From the NCBI RefSeq assembly GCF_030144855.1, contig NC_082728.1, forward strand, positions 43,090,001-43,154,000: a DNA stretch of 64,000 nucleotides. Direction: 5' to 3'. The translations under genes were made by a program, and so were the position numbers. The notes under the pieces were generated by a model. It ran no database searches and was not told the origin of the DNA. It worked only from the letters and a program-made list of their open reading frames with translations. The DNA is from Hypanus sabinus (taxonomy: Eukaryota). Positions 12,255 to 24,130 of this stretch are shown in pieces (the first letter of the stretch is position 1; each line of letters begins with the position of its first letter).

Positions 12255-13355
12255 TATTTTTAGATGCAATTTTAGTGTTAAAATATTTTCACAAGTAACT
12301 TAAAAACTCTCTTTAATTTTTAATAGTTTTGAATATTTTTGACTCTCAATCCATTTCCCTGAGCAGTCCCAGCCATGCGATGCCAGAGATGATAGGAAGG
12401 TTTCCATTGCATTTTGCTGACCTCACCACATTGGAGTGGTCTCATTGAGAAACCTCTCCAATGTACATCCGTGCCAGGCAAGTGAGGACACAGTGAGGTA
12501 GAGGAACAGTAAGTTCAGTCAGAGAGGTCAGCTGAAGAGTGAAGGTGATTCATCACTACCTGGACATTCTTGATCACAATTTCCACATTCAAAGAAATGC
12601 TTTTAATCTTCAAGGTGATTCCGATTCTCTGTGGTTCAATGAAGTGCAAGATGCCATGTGGACCTTGTCACATGCAGTCTCTGTATCAAACTTTGAACAG
12701 AATTTTCCTGTAGATATATAGTTAGATGCACAACTACATCAACATTGAACATAACAGGTGCACTTAGCTGATTTACATTAATCTTTTCTTAAAAACAGCA
12801 AGCCATTTAGAAGAGATATATTTCAATTTGCCATTGGTAACAATATCTGCGACTCTATCACCAGCAGTTCCATATTAAGGCATACTGCTGTTGAACACTA
12901 CCTCAGTTGATGTAACACTGCAGTTATGTTGAATGTCAGTTAGTATAACAAAATGCACCTATTTTATTATTTTTAAGAATGCAGCATTCCTTCTGCATTG
13001 ACTTGCTTGTCAATTTCAGGTCAATTACATATCCTCATAAAAATTCAGCCAGTCATCTCAGTGGATTTGGACGGAGTTAGAAACAGTCTCGTCAGCAATC
13101 AAAATTGAAGGAGAAAAATGTCTAGGATGAAGTTATTGCAAAAAAAAGAAAACAGGATAATAGCTATTTTTTACTCTGTATTTCAGTGTTGACCTGGAAA
13201 GTCAATGATTAGATATAATGTAGGTTTGCAAGTGGTTTAAACCCCTACAGCTTCTCATCTAAATGCATAATCAGCGTTCAACAAGGTCTATCATACAACA
13301 TTGGTTTAATTTATTTACCTCAGTTTCTTTGTCCTGGGAGATGCGAATCTGAACA

Positions 13356-13713
13356 AAATAAAAAAACACGAAATGCTGGCAGAACTCAGCAGGCCAGACA
13401 GCATCTATGGGAGGAGGTAATAACGACGTTTCAGGCCGAAACCCTTCATCAGGAGCTGGCATCACTGGAAGAGGCTTCGCAGTAGTGAATTCAAAGGCAA
13501 CACGAGTGAATCTGCAGATGCTGGAAATAAATAAAAACACCAAATGCTGGCAGAGCTCAACAGGCCAGACAGCATCTATGGGATGAAGGGTTTTGGCCCA
13601 AAACGTCGTTATTACCTCCTCCCATAGATGCTGTCTGGCCTGCTGAGTTCTGCCAGCATTTTGTGTTTTTCTATTTATTTCCAGCATCTGCAGATTCACT
13701 CGTGTTGCCTTCA
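13356..13713 (-). mobile_element. Non-coding Penelope-pLTR/hammerhead element: 171-bp tandem unit plus inverted copy (retrozyme-like)
   Basis: Perfect 10-bp TSD aatctgaaca (13346-13355 / 13714-13723). 'aaatgctggcaga' recurs at 13371 and 13542 (period 171). 13584-13713 is an inverted copy. Confidence 0.85.
13420..13458 (-). ncRNA. Minimal type-I hammerhead ribozyme motif
   Basis: The minus strand reads CUGAUGA-A-GGGU(UUCG)GCCU-GAAAC-GUC, with the core at 13452-13425. Stem III is the palindromic ACGU typical of Penelope HHRs. Stem I is weak in this copy. Confidence 0.75.
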
Positions 13714-14649
13714 AATCTGAACAGACTGTTTTTCAACATGTTTCAGGGATAGATTGTTAAAAACACATGGGCAATGACTCATCAGGGTATTTTTGATACA
13801 CTCTCTCTTTGTCATTATTAATGGTGAAACCTCAGGCACCTAAATATGAGAGAAAAATTGTTATGTTAGGACCAAGAAGTTAAAGAACATATTTTAGAAT
13901 CAGATTGCAGCCAAGATGATTGTCATTAACAAGCAGAATGGACATTTGCCAAAAAAAATGGATAAATTTCACAGTCTGACCCCTTTGCCTTCTCTTTCAA
14001 GCAAAATAATGGAGCCAGGAAAGATTTAGAACTTCAAGTAAATTCTTTATTTATTATTGGCAACACGTCTTTATATTCTGAAATGCAAGTGATTGAGCAA
14101 CTTTATTGAAATCCTATACCCGAGATAACAGTAAGAAGATTCCAGTGGAGGGATTCCGTTTGAAAACAAGATTTGGCAGCTAGCTTGAAAACTGTGATCT
14201 GTCAGTGGTCACTATGACTTGAATGTTTCATATCATAGGACTTTAAAAATGTATTCTCATCTTTACTATTGTTATTCTTTCTTAAACTGCAATTGAAGTT
14301 TTAAAATAACCACAGTAGATTTTACAATGCCACTATTGTGGCATTGCCTTCACCACTACTGATGATTAAACACAAATATCTGCATTTCAAGTATATGTAA
14401 ACCAAATTATTCAATCTCTGGAGTTTAATTATAGAAAACAGTTAGTGAATGTTCAACTTTGTATGACTTTACAACCTGATGTCATATTGGATTTACCTTG
14501 ACAAAATCACAGCTTTATCTGTTGTCTGTAAAATGCCATGTCTTTTCATTCTCCGCAAAGTGGGCGATAAATACTTTGTGATAATTAACCCAATTTATTC
14601 ACATGAAGATGGTTTGACTAAATGGGTTTAAACATACTGGACTGTAAAA

Positions 14650-17254
14650 CAGTGATTCTCAACCATTCATTGGCCACGGCCCCCTGAGGAGCTTTTCTCA
14701 GGCTCCAGGACCCCCCTTTCAAACAGGGATACAACATGAACAGATAGACAGAAAATCATTTATCACTGAACACCAAGAAAAGTTGAACATTCCAACATAC
14801 TGGACAAAACTTGAAAAAGACTGTATGAAATCAAACATCTATCAGGTCTAATGCGATCCTTGAGCTAGATGCTTTTCTGTAAGTTTCATGATATCGGGCT
14901 CCAAATTAGACAATGACAGTCAGAGGTCACCTCTTGCGATATCAATTCTGTTCCTGGATTTTGTCAAGGAAACTACCTGACAGAATCTGCTGTCAACCAA
15001 ATATGTTGATTGAAAGTCAAAAAAAAAAACCATTGGGCTTTTCCCCACAGTGTTGTAAATTTATTCGGCAGATCACTCTTGATCCAAAACTCTTTTTGAA
15101 ACTGACTGAACCGACGACGTGCAGTTATATCACTGCAGACCAATCAAACTCTCTTGAATTTCTGCCTCAGCTTGGGTGGGTTGTACTTCAAATATTCAAA
15201 ATCCAATCCGGGATACTGAGATTTAACAGGTCATTAAATCTTTCTTGCATGTCCTTGTGCATCTGCTTGACATGTTTCACATAGATGGTAAGGTCATCGT
15301 CCTTCAGTGCCTCTGCGATCGTCTTCAGGTTTGGAAATTGTAAAAATTCCTGATGTCTCATATTGTGGCAATAGACTTTGAGTTTCTTAAGGAAAGAAAC
15401 AATGGCTTCCTTACAATCTACAGGATTACTGTTTTTGCCTTGTAAGGTTTTGTTTAACAAACTAAGTTTCTGAAAGATATCTGCCAGATAAAATATGTCT
15501 GCCTTAGCATCAGCAAACCTTGCTCCATGCTCTTTATCAGACATGAAGGAAACTGTGGTGTCCCAGAGTGTAACAAAATGTTGAAGATAGTTTCCCTTGG
15601 AAAGCCACCTCACCTCGGTATGCAGCAGCAACGTCTGGAAGTCTTCATCATTTTCTTCACCCAGCTGCCAGAAAAGACGATCCCGAAGGGCGTGGGATTT
15701 GATGAAGTTTACAGCCTTTGTGACAACTGAAAGCAAAAGATTGGGACGTCCTCCTAAGTTCTTAGCTACTAGGTGGTCCCTGTGAATGACGCAATGAATA
15801 GTAAAGACAGAAGGTATAACTCTTTTTAGATGGGTGATGAATCCTCTGTTATCGAACAACCATAGGAGCGGCACCATCAGTTGCACAAGCAATTATATTC
15901 TCCATTGGAATATTGCTCTCGCTTAAGTAACTTTTGACTTCTTCAAAAATAGACAGTCCCTTAGTATCCGTTTTAATCCTCCTGGCAAACAACATCTCTT
16001 CCATCAGTTCATTTCTGTTCCAGAATCTCACATGAGAAGAGCGTCGTTAACTTGTAAAGTAGCTTTGTCTAATTGTAAAGAGAATTTCTTGGATTGTAAT
16101 GAACTGACTGATACCTCTTCAATGTCCCATGCCATCTCATCAATCCTTCTGGCAACAGTAGAATTACTCAAAGGAATTGCCTGAATTGTTTCTTTGGCAC
16201 TCAAATTCATGACATCAGATATTATTATGGACACTGAAGGCAGGATAAGCAACTCACCAATGTTGTGAGAATTTCCAGTTTTAGCAATCAGTTTACTTAT
16301 TTTGTATGATGCGACAGGACCCATCTCTAACTTTCTGTGACATTTGAATAAGCATTTGTTTCAGTGTTGGCCTTCTCTCGAAATTATCTGGAAGGTTTTT
16401 GAGGAAATCTAAGTGTTTATCCTTCTTCTCTGGATGCAAGGTATCCAAATGTTTTTTTCAATGTGCTTGGCCTCATGCTTTCATTTGACGATGTAGCCAT
16501 GCAATTCAAACACGTGGGCGAAGATGGGTTTTGCGGAGATGCAATGAAACCATTCAATAAGTATTCCACTAAATACTGCCGACACTTTTTTTCGCCAAGG
16601 AACTCAGGTAGAATTATTTCTGAAAATAATAAAATAATCATGAAGCATGATTTTGTTACTTTTTTTCCAGCTAAGTTGACAACATTGACTGGAAAATAGT
16701 TTAGGAAGGCTGCCTAAACGTTTTTGACTTGGGAATAAGCACACAAAATACAGATAGAGAAAAAAATGCTGTCACCCAGAGCCAGGGACTTTTTTTTCAG
16801 TGACTTCATATGCAGTAATAAGCACTTCTCACAACCTACCTTAACGTATAATATATCCAAACACATATACTTTAAAGTTACTAGGCTTAAAAAGGCCTAG
16901 CAAGACACGCTGATCTTCAGAGAATGAAGCATGGTGATAATGGATGCTTGATTAAATATGTTGACCCGGTGCAGTCAGGTTCATGACTGACTCTGAAGTG
17001 GCGCTGTGTGGGAGGAGCTTAAGCAATGAATTTACCCGGTGCGCTGAATTCAAACGGTGTGTTGGAAAGATATTATAAATAGGAGGGAAACTATTGACTC
17101 CAATGGAGGTTGCTGCTTGGGTATTTCATTGGTTCAGTTACCAGGGCCCCCATAAACACTTGTGGCTCCCCTTCTCACAGTTTTCAGTTGGTTGCCCCTT
17201 CAAATGTGCCAGGGCCCCACTAGGGGGCCACATGATCCCCGTCGAGAATGGCTG
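14650..17254 (-). mobile_element. Full-length hAT transposon (Buster/Charlie group), decayed transposase
   Basis: TIRs 'cagtgattctcaac' and 'gtcgagaatggctg', with a perfect 8-bp TSD ctgtaaaa (14642-14649 / 17255-17262; central TA). Peptide fragments read KKCRQY..EYL..GF, FSLQLD, ACATDGAAPM, HCVIHR and LLLHTEVRWLSKG. Confidence 0.95.
14850..16590 (-). pseudogene. Frameshifted hAT transposase (ZBED5/ZBED8/SCAND3-like family)
   Basis: Consecutive minus-strand ORFs 16417-16641, 16028-16324, 15849-16031 and 15188-15892 carry the transposase motifs in order. Confidence 0.9.
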
Positions 17255-17354
17255 CTGTAAAACACTTTGGAACAGGCTAAACTTTGACTTGTACTTACCT
17301 ACCAGTTTCAATCTTTAATGTCTTCATTCTGCTCATTGCAACAGAATATTGATT

Positions 17355-17565
17355 ATTTTTTTATTTATTGAGATACGGGATAGCCCCTTCCGGCCCTTCA
17401 AGCTGGACCACCTAGAAATCCCCCAGTTTAATCATAGCGTAAGCATGGGACAATTTGCAACGACCAATTAATGCACCAACCAGTATGTCTTTGGACCATG
17501 GGAGGAGACCAGAGCACTTGGAGGAAACCCAATTGATCATAGGGCAAACATACAAACTCCTAACA
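17355..17565 (-). mobile_element. V-SINE-like SINE, 5' truncated
   Basis: Contains 'gggacaatttgcaacgaccaatta...tctttggaccatgggagga' and a (ttta)n tail at the left. Confidence 0.8.
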
Positions 17566-17610
17566 GTACTGTAATAAATATGTTTAAATTAGTATAAAAT
17601 AACATGTACA

Positions 17611-17850
17611 TGGCGGCTTGGTAACATAGTGGTTAGTGCAACTCTTTATGGTACCGGCAACCAAGGTTCAATTCCTGCCGCTGCCTATAAGGAGTTTATA
17701 CCTCTCCCTGTGACCGTGTGGGCTTTCTCTGGATGCTCCACAGTCCAAAAACATACCGGTTGGTAGGTTAATTGGTCATTGTAAATTGTCTGTGATTAGG
17801 TTAAACATGGGAAATGTTGGCGGTGTGGATTGAAGGGCATACATCTCAAT
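17611..17850 (+). mobile_element. V-SINE-like SINE
   Basis: Head 'ggcggcttggtaacatagtggttagtgc...ggttcaattcc' (A and B boxes), followed by the V-domain core. Confidence 0.85.
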
Positions 17851-17874
17851 TATCTCATCTCATACATCTCAATA

Positions 17875-18050
17875 TTGTCATTTAAAGTAAAACTGGATAG
17901 GTATATGGATCAGAAAGGAATGGAGGATTATGGGCTGAGTGCAGGTCAGTGGGACTAGGTGAGAGTAACCGTTCGGCACGGACTAGAAGGGCCGAGATGG
18001 CCTGTTCCCGTGCTGTAATAGTTATATGGTTATATGTTATATGGTTATAA
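17875..18050 (+). mobile_element. CR1 3' end with (ttatatgg)n tail
   Basis: Reads 'ctggataggtatatggat...gaagggccgagatggcctgttcccgtgctgtaatagttatatggttatatgttatatggttata'. Confidence 0.85.
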
Positions 18051-18314
18051 ATAAAACTCTAATAGCTATAGTCTATGTTGGAAAATACTTCAAGTGAAAT
18101 ATCCAAAATTGTTTTGAATCCAGCTTAATTACAATTGAATTTGGTATTGAGTCTTAGGATACGTATAAACAATGGTAACATCAATGTAACATCATGCTGG
18201 AGGGAGCTTGAGGGAAAGACAAGAATATTAGCACCCTTTGAAAGTGGGAACTTCACAGTGAAATTACTGAGCTTTGCACTTAACTGATTGACAAAATTGA
18301 GCATGAAGAATCAT

Positions 18315-19215
18315 TATCAGAATCAGGTTATTATCAGCAGCATGCATCATGAAATTTGTTAACTAAGCAGTAGCAGTACAATGCAATACATGATAATAGA
18401 GAAAGAAATAAAAACAATTAAATCAATAATGTAAATTATATATGTGTATTGAATAGATTAAAATAGTATAAAAACAGAAATAACATTTACTAAAAACAGA
18501 GAGGCAGCGTTCATGGGTTCAATGTCCATTTAGTAAATGGATGGCGGAGGGGAAGAAGCTGTTCCTGAATCATTAAGTATGTGCTTCAGGCTTCTGTACC
18601 TCCTTCCTGACGGTTACAATGAGAAGGGGGCATGCCCTGGGTGATGGGGGTCCTTAATAGTGGGTGTCGCCTTTCTGAGACAACCACTCCTTGAAGATTT
18701 CTTGGATACTATGTAGATAAGTGCCCAAGATGGAGGTTACTAATTTTACAACTTTCTGTAGCTTCTTTCGGGCTTGTGCAGTAGCCTCCCTCCCTCCCCC
18801 CCATAACAAACAGTGACACAGCCTGTCAGAATGCTGTCCACAGTACATCTATAGAAGTTTTCCAGTGTTTTAGCGGACAAATCAAGTCTCTTCAAACTCC
18901 TAATGAAATATAGCTGCTGTCTTGCCTTCTTTATAGTTGCATTGATATGTGGGGGCCAGGTCAGATCATCAGTGATCTTGACACCCAGGAATGAAATTGC
19001 TCACTCTCTCCACTTCTGATCTCTCTTTGAGGATTGGTTTGTGTTCTCGTGTCTTAACTTTCCTGAAGTCTCCCATCAGCTCTTTGGTCTTACTAACATT
19101 AGGTGCAAGCTTGTTGTTGCGATACCACTCAACTAGGTGGTATATCTCACTCCTGTATGCCCTCTCATTCATCTGAGAATCTACCAATGATGGTTGTATC
19201 ATCAGCAAATTTAGA
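18315..19215 (-). mobile_element. Rex1/Babar-type LINE 3' part
   Basis: KFADD at the right end ('catcagcaaattt'). ORF 18969-19208 reads ERAYRSEI..LVEW..NVSKTKELMGDFRK..VERVSNF. A (ctgatt)n tail is at the left. Confidence 0.85.
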
Positions 19216-20378
19216 GATAAATAGTTATGATAGGTTAATTGATGAACAGAGTTATAATAAATGAATTCAAAAATTGGAAAGAAATTTTTTTTGTGCAGGA
19301 ATGATAAAACAATGGTTAATTCACCAAGAAAGGACGTTGAAATTGTTTAAATGTGTTCAATAGACAAATATCTTCAGAGTGGCCCAGCTGGGACATACTG
19401 TAGGATGTTAAAAGAAGACTGTTAATTTGAACTTTGAAAAGGGACAAGGCATATTGGGTTTAGTGTGCTTTTTCCTATAAATTCTTGGGTAGGTGCAATT
19501 GCTCAGATTAGCACAGCTGAAGGATGAAAAACCAAAGCTATTTTACAGAATGTGTCAGAATACATAATGCTCTTGACAGTCTGCAATTTCTTGGCATAGT
19601 ATGTTTTGCCTTTGGTCTTCAGTGATAAAAAAAGGTGCAAATGCCTTTCAGAAACCTTGGGCATATCCAAAATAATCTTTTTGTATATTTTAGAAATTAA
19701 ATTTGGTGGCTTTATGCCTACATTCCACAACAGCACAGTGTTTAACAAGAGCTGTCAGTATGAAACCCTCCTGTTGCCTTTTTTTAAAAATGAACATCAA
19801 CTGTCCCGCCTTCTCAATAATGAATATAATGGTGCGTGAACAGTGGAGTCATTTCATTAGAAAGCTGCAGGGATCATCAAATAGATTGCAAGTAACCCAT
19901 GGACCAATAATTACTGTATCTGTATTTTGATTTTTAAAAAACCCAATGATAAAGCAGATGGGATCGTAATTGTTGCATCCTGGTCAAAGAATTGGCTATT
20001 TGCATCTAGTATGTAGCTGCATTCTGGTTTCATTTCCAGATTGTGGAGTCAATTAATGCCATCACATGTTGATCATGAAAAAGTAGTGGTGAGTTGTCCT
20101 CAAGAATGCGAGGTGCTTAAAAGTGGATAATATTAGAATGTTGCCCCAATGACTATGAAGGATTGTGTAATATATTTGTTCTTGTCAGAATTGGTTATGA
20201 TTTGCGGGTAGTGGTGTCCTAGGCAACTGCTGGCCCAATCATTTTAGATGACTAATGGTTTGGATGTGAGAGGTGCTACTTTTCAAGAAGTAGAGAAGGG
20301 TCTTCCATCATGATCCTTATTTGGGCTTTGGAGGTAGCAGAGAAGTTTTAGGAGTCTACAGAGGAGCAATGTTGAGGG

Positions 20379-20498
20379 ACATAGACACAAGAGATTGTGC
20401 AGATACTGGAAACCTGAAGGATTTTGGCTTGAAACCTTAACTGTTTATTTCTCACCATTGATGCTGCCTGACTTGCTGAGTTTCTTCAGCATTTTGCT
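20379..20498. mobile_element. pLTR-derived mini-insertion with 12-bp TSD
   Basis: Perfect TSD caatgttgaggg (20367-20378 / 20499-20510). An inverted pLTR end 'gacacaagagattgtgcagatactggaa' is joined to 'ctgaaggattttggcttgaaac...gatgctgcctgacttgctgagtttcttcagcatttt'. Confidence 0.8.
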
Positions 20499-20810
20499 CA
20501 ATGTTGAGGGTTAACTGAGCTCTGATTTGATCTAACAATAGAAAGAGATTTAGATGATAATGATGCTATTGAACGCTTGCCATAGGTGTTACTCCTCCAT
20601 TTTGTACTCTGCTCTGCATTCATTAGATTGACTCTCGTCCAGTTTTGTTGCATCATAGCTTAATCTACTTCATTATCAGCAGATTTTCTAATGGAACTGA
20701 ACAGAGTGGAACATTATCTATATATTTTTTGGGAATCTGGGTGTCACTGGAAGGCCAGCATTTACTGCGCATCCCAAAATGCATTTGAGGTGGTGTAGGC
20801 AGATCATCTT

Positions 20811-21124
20811 TATTTATTTACTTATTTGGTGATACAGCATAGAGTAGCACCACCACACCATCCCCTCCCCCCCCAGCCCTTTGAGCCACATCACCCAGCA
20901 ACCCCACAAGCCCGATTAGCCCTAACCCTAACAGGACAATTTACAATGACCAATTAACCAACCTGGCACGTCAGTGGGAGGAAACCAGAGCACTCAGGGA
21001 AATCCCATGCATTCCACAGGGAGGACATACATCAGCTTACAGAAAGGCTCTGGAATTGAATTCCAAATCCTAGAACTTCCTGATCTGTAATAGAGTCGCA
21101 CTAACTGTTACGTTACTGTGGTGT
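20811..21124 (-). mobile_element. V-SINE-like SINE inserted in an older LINE 3' fragment (~20715-21170)
   Basis: Contains 'ggacaatttacaatgaccaattaacc' and 'ggaattgaattc'. TSD tcatctt at 20804-20810 / 21125-21131. Confidence 0.8.
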
Positions 21125-21199
21125 TCATCTTGAACCACTGCAGACTTTCTGATGAAAGTCGGATTGCAAAGAGGCAAGGAGTTGGTTTTGGTTTTGCTT

Positions 21200-21570
21200 C
21201 TGTATAGTCAGACTGTGTAAAGCTTGTCTTGCATACTGGTCATATAGATCAAATCATTACTCAGTGCATTGTCATACAAGCCAAATCAATAACAGTGCAG
21301 AATAAAATGTCAAAGTTATCAACATATGCAGTGCAGGTAAATGACAAAGTGCACACAGGCCGTACAAGAAGTCCACTCATGAGTCTGATATTAGTGGGAT
21401 AGAAGCTGTCCCTGAGCTGTAGGTAAATATTTTCAGGCTTTTGTATCTTCTGACTGATGGGAGAAGGGAGAAGAGAGAAAGGCCAGGGCAGGTAATGTCT
21501 TTGTTTATACTGGATGCTTTAAAGAGGCAGTGTGAAGTGCAGATAGAGTCCATAGAGGGGAGGCTGGCTA
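21200..21570 (-). mobile_element. Rex1/Babar-type LINE 3' fragment
   Basis: 'gggatagaagctgtccctgag...ttcaggcttttgtatcttctgactgatggg' is homologous to 18545-18615. Confidence 0.7.
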
Positions 21571-21834
21571 TGTGCTACAGTAACCTCCTGAGAATGGTCC
21601 ATTAAGTATAACTTCTGAGTCAATTAAATCCTATCACTGGTTCTAGTGGAGAATATTCAGTTTGCAAGTCTCTGTCTGTGGAAGGACTGAGCTGAATGAG
21701 GCAATTTCATGTTTTCTTTGCTCTTCACCATAAGCCATCAACTAAATTCAGAGCTTTTCAAACTTAACAAAAGGAGGTGATATTCAACAAATTACAAATC
21801 AAGGCCCAACTTATTTTATTCAAAATTATTTATT

Positions 21835-22200
21835 TCTTAGTGAGTCCCTCAGTGTTGAGGTGATATGTTTCTATGTAAGTTTCTTTAGCTGATGAGCTCA
21901 ATATATGATGTGCAGACTGTGCCAGTCAGGATGTGATTGATTTGTAGTGAGAACTTTGGCAGGTTACTCTTCTATGGCCTTGTTTAGTGGACTCAAAGTT
22001 CTCAGTGTCATCCTGAATTCCATATATTTTAATTCAAAATAGTTCAGGAATTCACATGAATTAGTTATGTTCACACTATTTCAAAGACAGTTGGAGAACA
22101 TCCTTGAATAGCTTCCAACGCTGACATGGCATGTCAGAATGGAGAAATAGGTATAAATCTCAGTAGTCTGGCACTGGGTTTGTGAACAATTTAGCCTATA
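21835..22200 (-). mobile_element. Old RTE-like LINE 3' fragment
   Basis: Reads 'ttcttagtgagtccctcagtgttgaggtga...gctgatgagctcaat...tgcagactgtgcca'. Similar to 50455-50700. Confidence 0.45.
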
Positions 22201-22374
22201 CAACAGAGCCAACTGGAACTAGGGTCTCTCTGAGTTAATGTTTACTTATTAACTAGATTAGTAAACTAGTTAATTAGTAAACAGTAACTCCCAGGCAAAT
22301 GTACTCGTCAGTGAGGCCTGAGTGAGGTCCAAACCAGCTGATTTGGAAGATTCTGTGAAAGCAGTGTTGATAAT

Positions 22375-23110
22375 ACCCTCTGTGAATACATGGCTCCTCC
22401 ATAGAGAGATTTAAGTGTGCCAAGTTCCTGGGAATTCACATCACGGGTGACCTCACCTGGTCCCTTAATATCACCTCCCTGAACAAGAAAGCACAGCAGC
22501 GCCTCCACTTCCTAAGAAGATTGAGGCAAGCAAGGCTTCCCTCCCCCCATCTTAACTGTATTTTACCGGAGCACCATTGAGAGTATCCTGACAAGTTGTT
22601 TCTCCATCTGGTGTAGGATCAGTCAAGCATCAGACCAGGAGTCCCTACAAAAGACTGTAAGAACAACTGAGGGGCTCATGGGGTCTCCCTACCATCCATT
22701 GGGGACATTTATCCTTAGTAATATTAAGAATCCAACCCATCCATCCAGCATCTTCTTTGACTTTCTACCATCATGCAGGAAACTACGATGTATCTTTACA
22801 AGAGCAATCAGGATGAGTAACAGCTTCTCCTCACAGGCCATTAGGCTTCTGAACTCCCTGCCGCATTGTATTCGAAGTGTCATTGGTTAATCTGTCCTGT
22901 ACCTTACAATATTTAATATTAATGCACTTTAGTTTGTTATTTATGTGTGATTGATCCGTAGGTTTCATCCTTACCTTCAGAAGTTATCTTGGGTTATGTA
23001 TACTGTGCTTTACACCCAGGTCTGCAGAAAAGTTGTCTCATTTCTATATGCGCTATATGGTTATATAGGCTGTATACATGTATATACTTAAATGAAAATG
23101 ACTTGACGTG
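22375..23110 (+). mobile_element. Rex1/Babar-type LINE 3' part
   Basis: Translates in pieces to KFLGIHITGDLTW..KKAQQRLHFLRRLRQ..FYRSTIESILT..NSF.SQAIRLLNS, with a (acttg)n-like tail. Confidence 0.85.
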
Positions 23111-23787
23111 ATATTGTTTTCAGTTGTTTGTCGGAAATTGTCTAGAAATACAGATATGGTCAATCAGGAGGTGCATGGCAGTTTGAGATTTTGATCTTCA
23201 AACATTTCTTTTCCTCAGACATTGAAAGGCCATGCTGGCATACCGAAAGTGAAAATGAAATTAATATATGCCTTCTTTGAGAGAACTTTTGGGATCTCAA
23301 GAGTTATCTGTATTCTACAGAGTCTTGTGAAATTATGTTGTATGGTGGAGCCCAGCCACTGGACAGTATTTGTATTGCAGGTATTTTAAGGGTAAAACCT
23401 ATTTTCTTGTACGTTTCTGAATGAGAGTTGCCTATTTGGAGTTTAACCTCAAGATGCATGCACACACAAGCACAGACTGATGACTGGAGTTGGGGTAATG
23501 TTGATTCTGCGCTGACAGTCAAAGTTGGTTGAGCAATATCTATTTGTCCTTTTGATTGTAGACACATAAATTATATAATTAACATTCAGTTCATGTTAAT
23601 TTTTGTTTGCCCCTGTCTTGCAATGTATCATGCTGCTGCTGCTGCTGCAGAAAGCTAAATTTCATGCTGTTTATATGCTATGTATATATGCTGATGACAA
23701 CAATAAAAAGTTGAACTTGAGATTAGCTGAACTTCAGCAAGAAGATTTTTAGAAGTGCAGAGCAGTGAGAACGATGAAGAAATGAGA

Positions 23788-24130
23788 TGTTCAAATTCAA
23801 AGTTAAAAGTAAGATTTATTATTGAAGTACATACGTGTCACCACATCCAACACTGAGATTCTTTTTCCTGCAGGTACACTCAGCAAGTTTATAGAACCGT
23901 AATTGTAACCAGGATCATCTGTGCAAATGCATATATAATAAATAGCAATCAATAATGAGCATGAAATAACAAGATAAAGATTCTTTAAAGTGAGACCATC
24001 AGTTGTGCGACACCAGAAGTAGAATGAGTGTAGTTATCCCCTTTTGCTCAAGAGCCTGATGGTTGTGGGGTGGTAACTGTTCTCGAACCTGCCAGTGTGA
24101 GTCCTGAGGCACTTGTACCTTCTACCTGAT
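23788..24130 (-). mobile_element. Rex1/Babar-type LINE 3' UTR fragment
   Basis: A 'gttcaaattcaaagtt' tail, plus 'aagagcctgatggttgtggggtggtaactgttc...ttgtaccttctacctgat'. Confidence 0.7.

Noticed and set aside
12428-12464. Hairpin acattggag...ctccaatgt
   Set aside because: Only 37 nt, too short for a pre-miRNA, and plausible by chance in 64 kb.
13271-13714. 147-aa ORF across the hammerhead element (PDEGFRPETS..PIDAVWPAEF)
   Set aside because: It is a chance translation of pLTR/HHR sequence; similar peptides appear at 38393, 60976 and 63475.
15188-15892. Domesticated ZBED/SCAND3 host gene
   Set aside because: It lies within TIRs and a TSD and is broken by frameshifts and stops.
17611-17685. 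tRNA gene
   Set aside because: The A and B boxes belong to a SINE head, and there is no complete cloverleaf.
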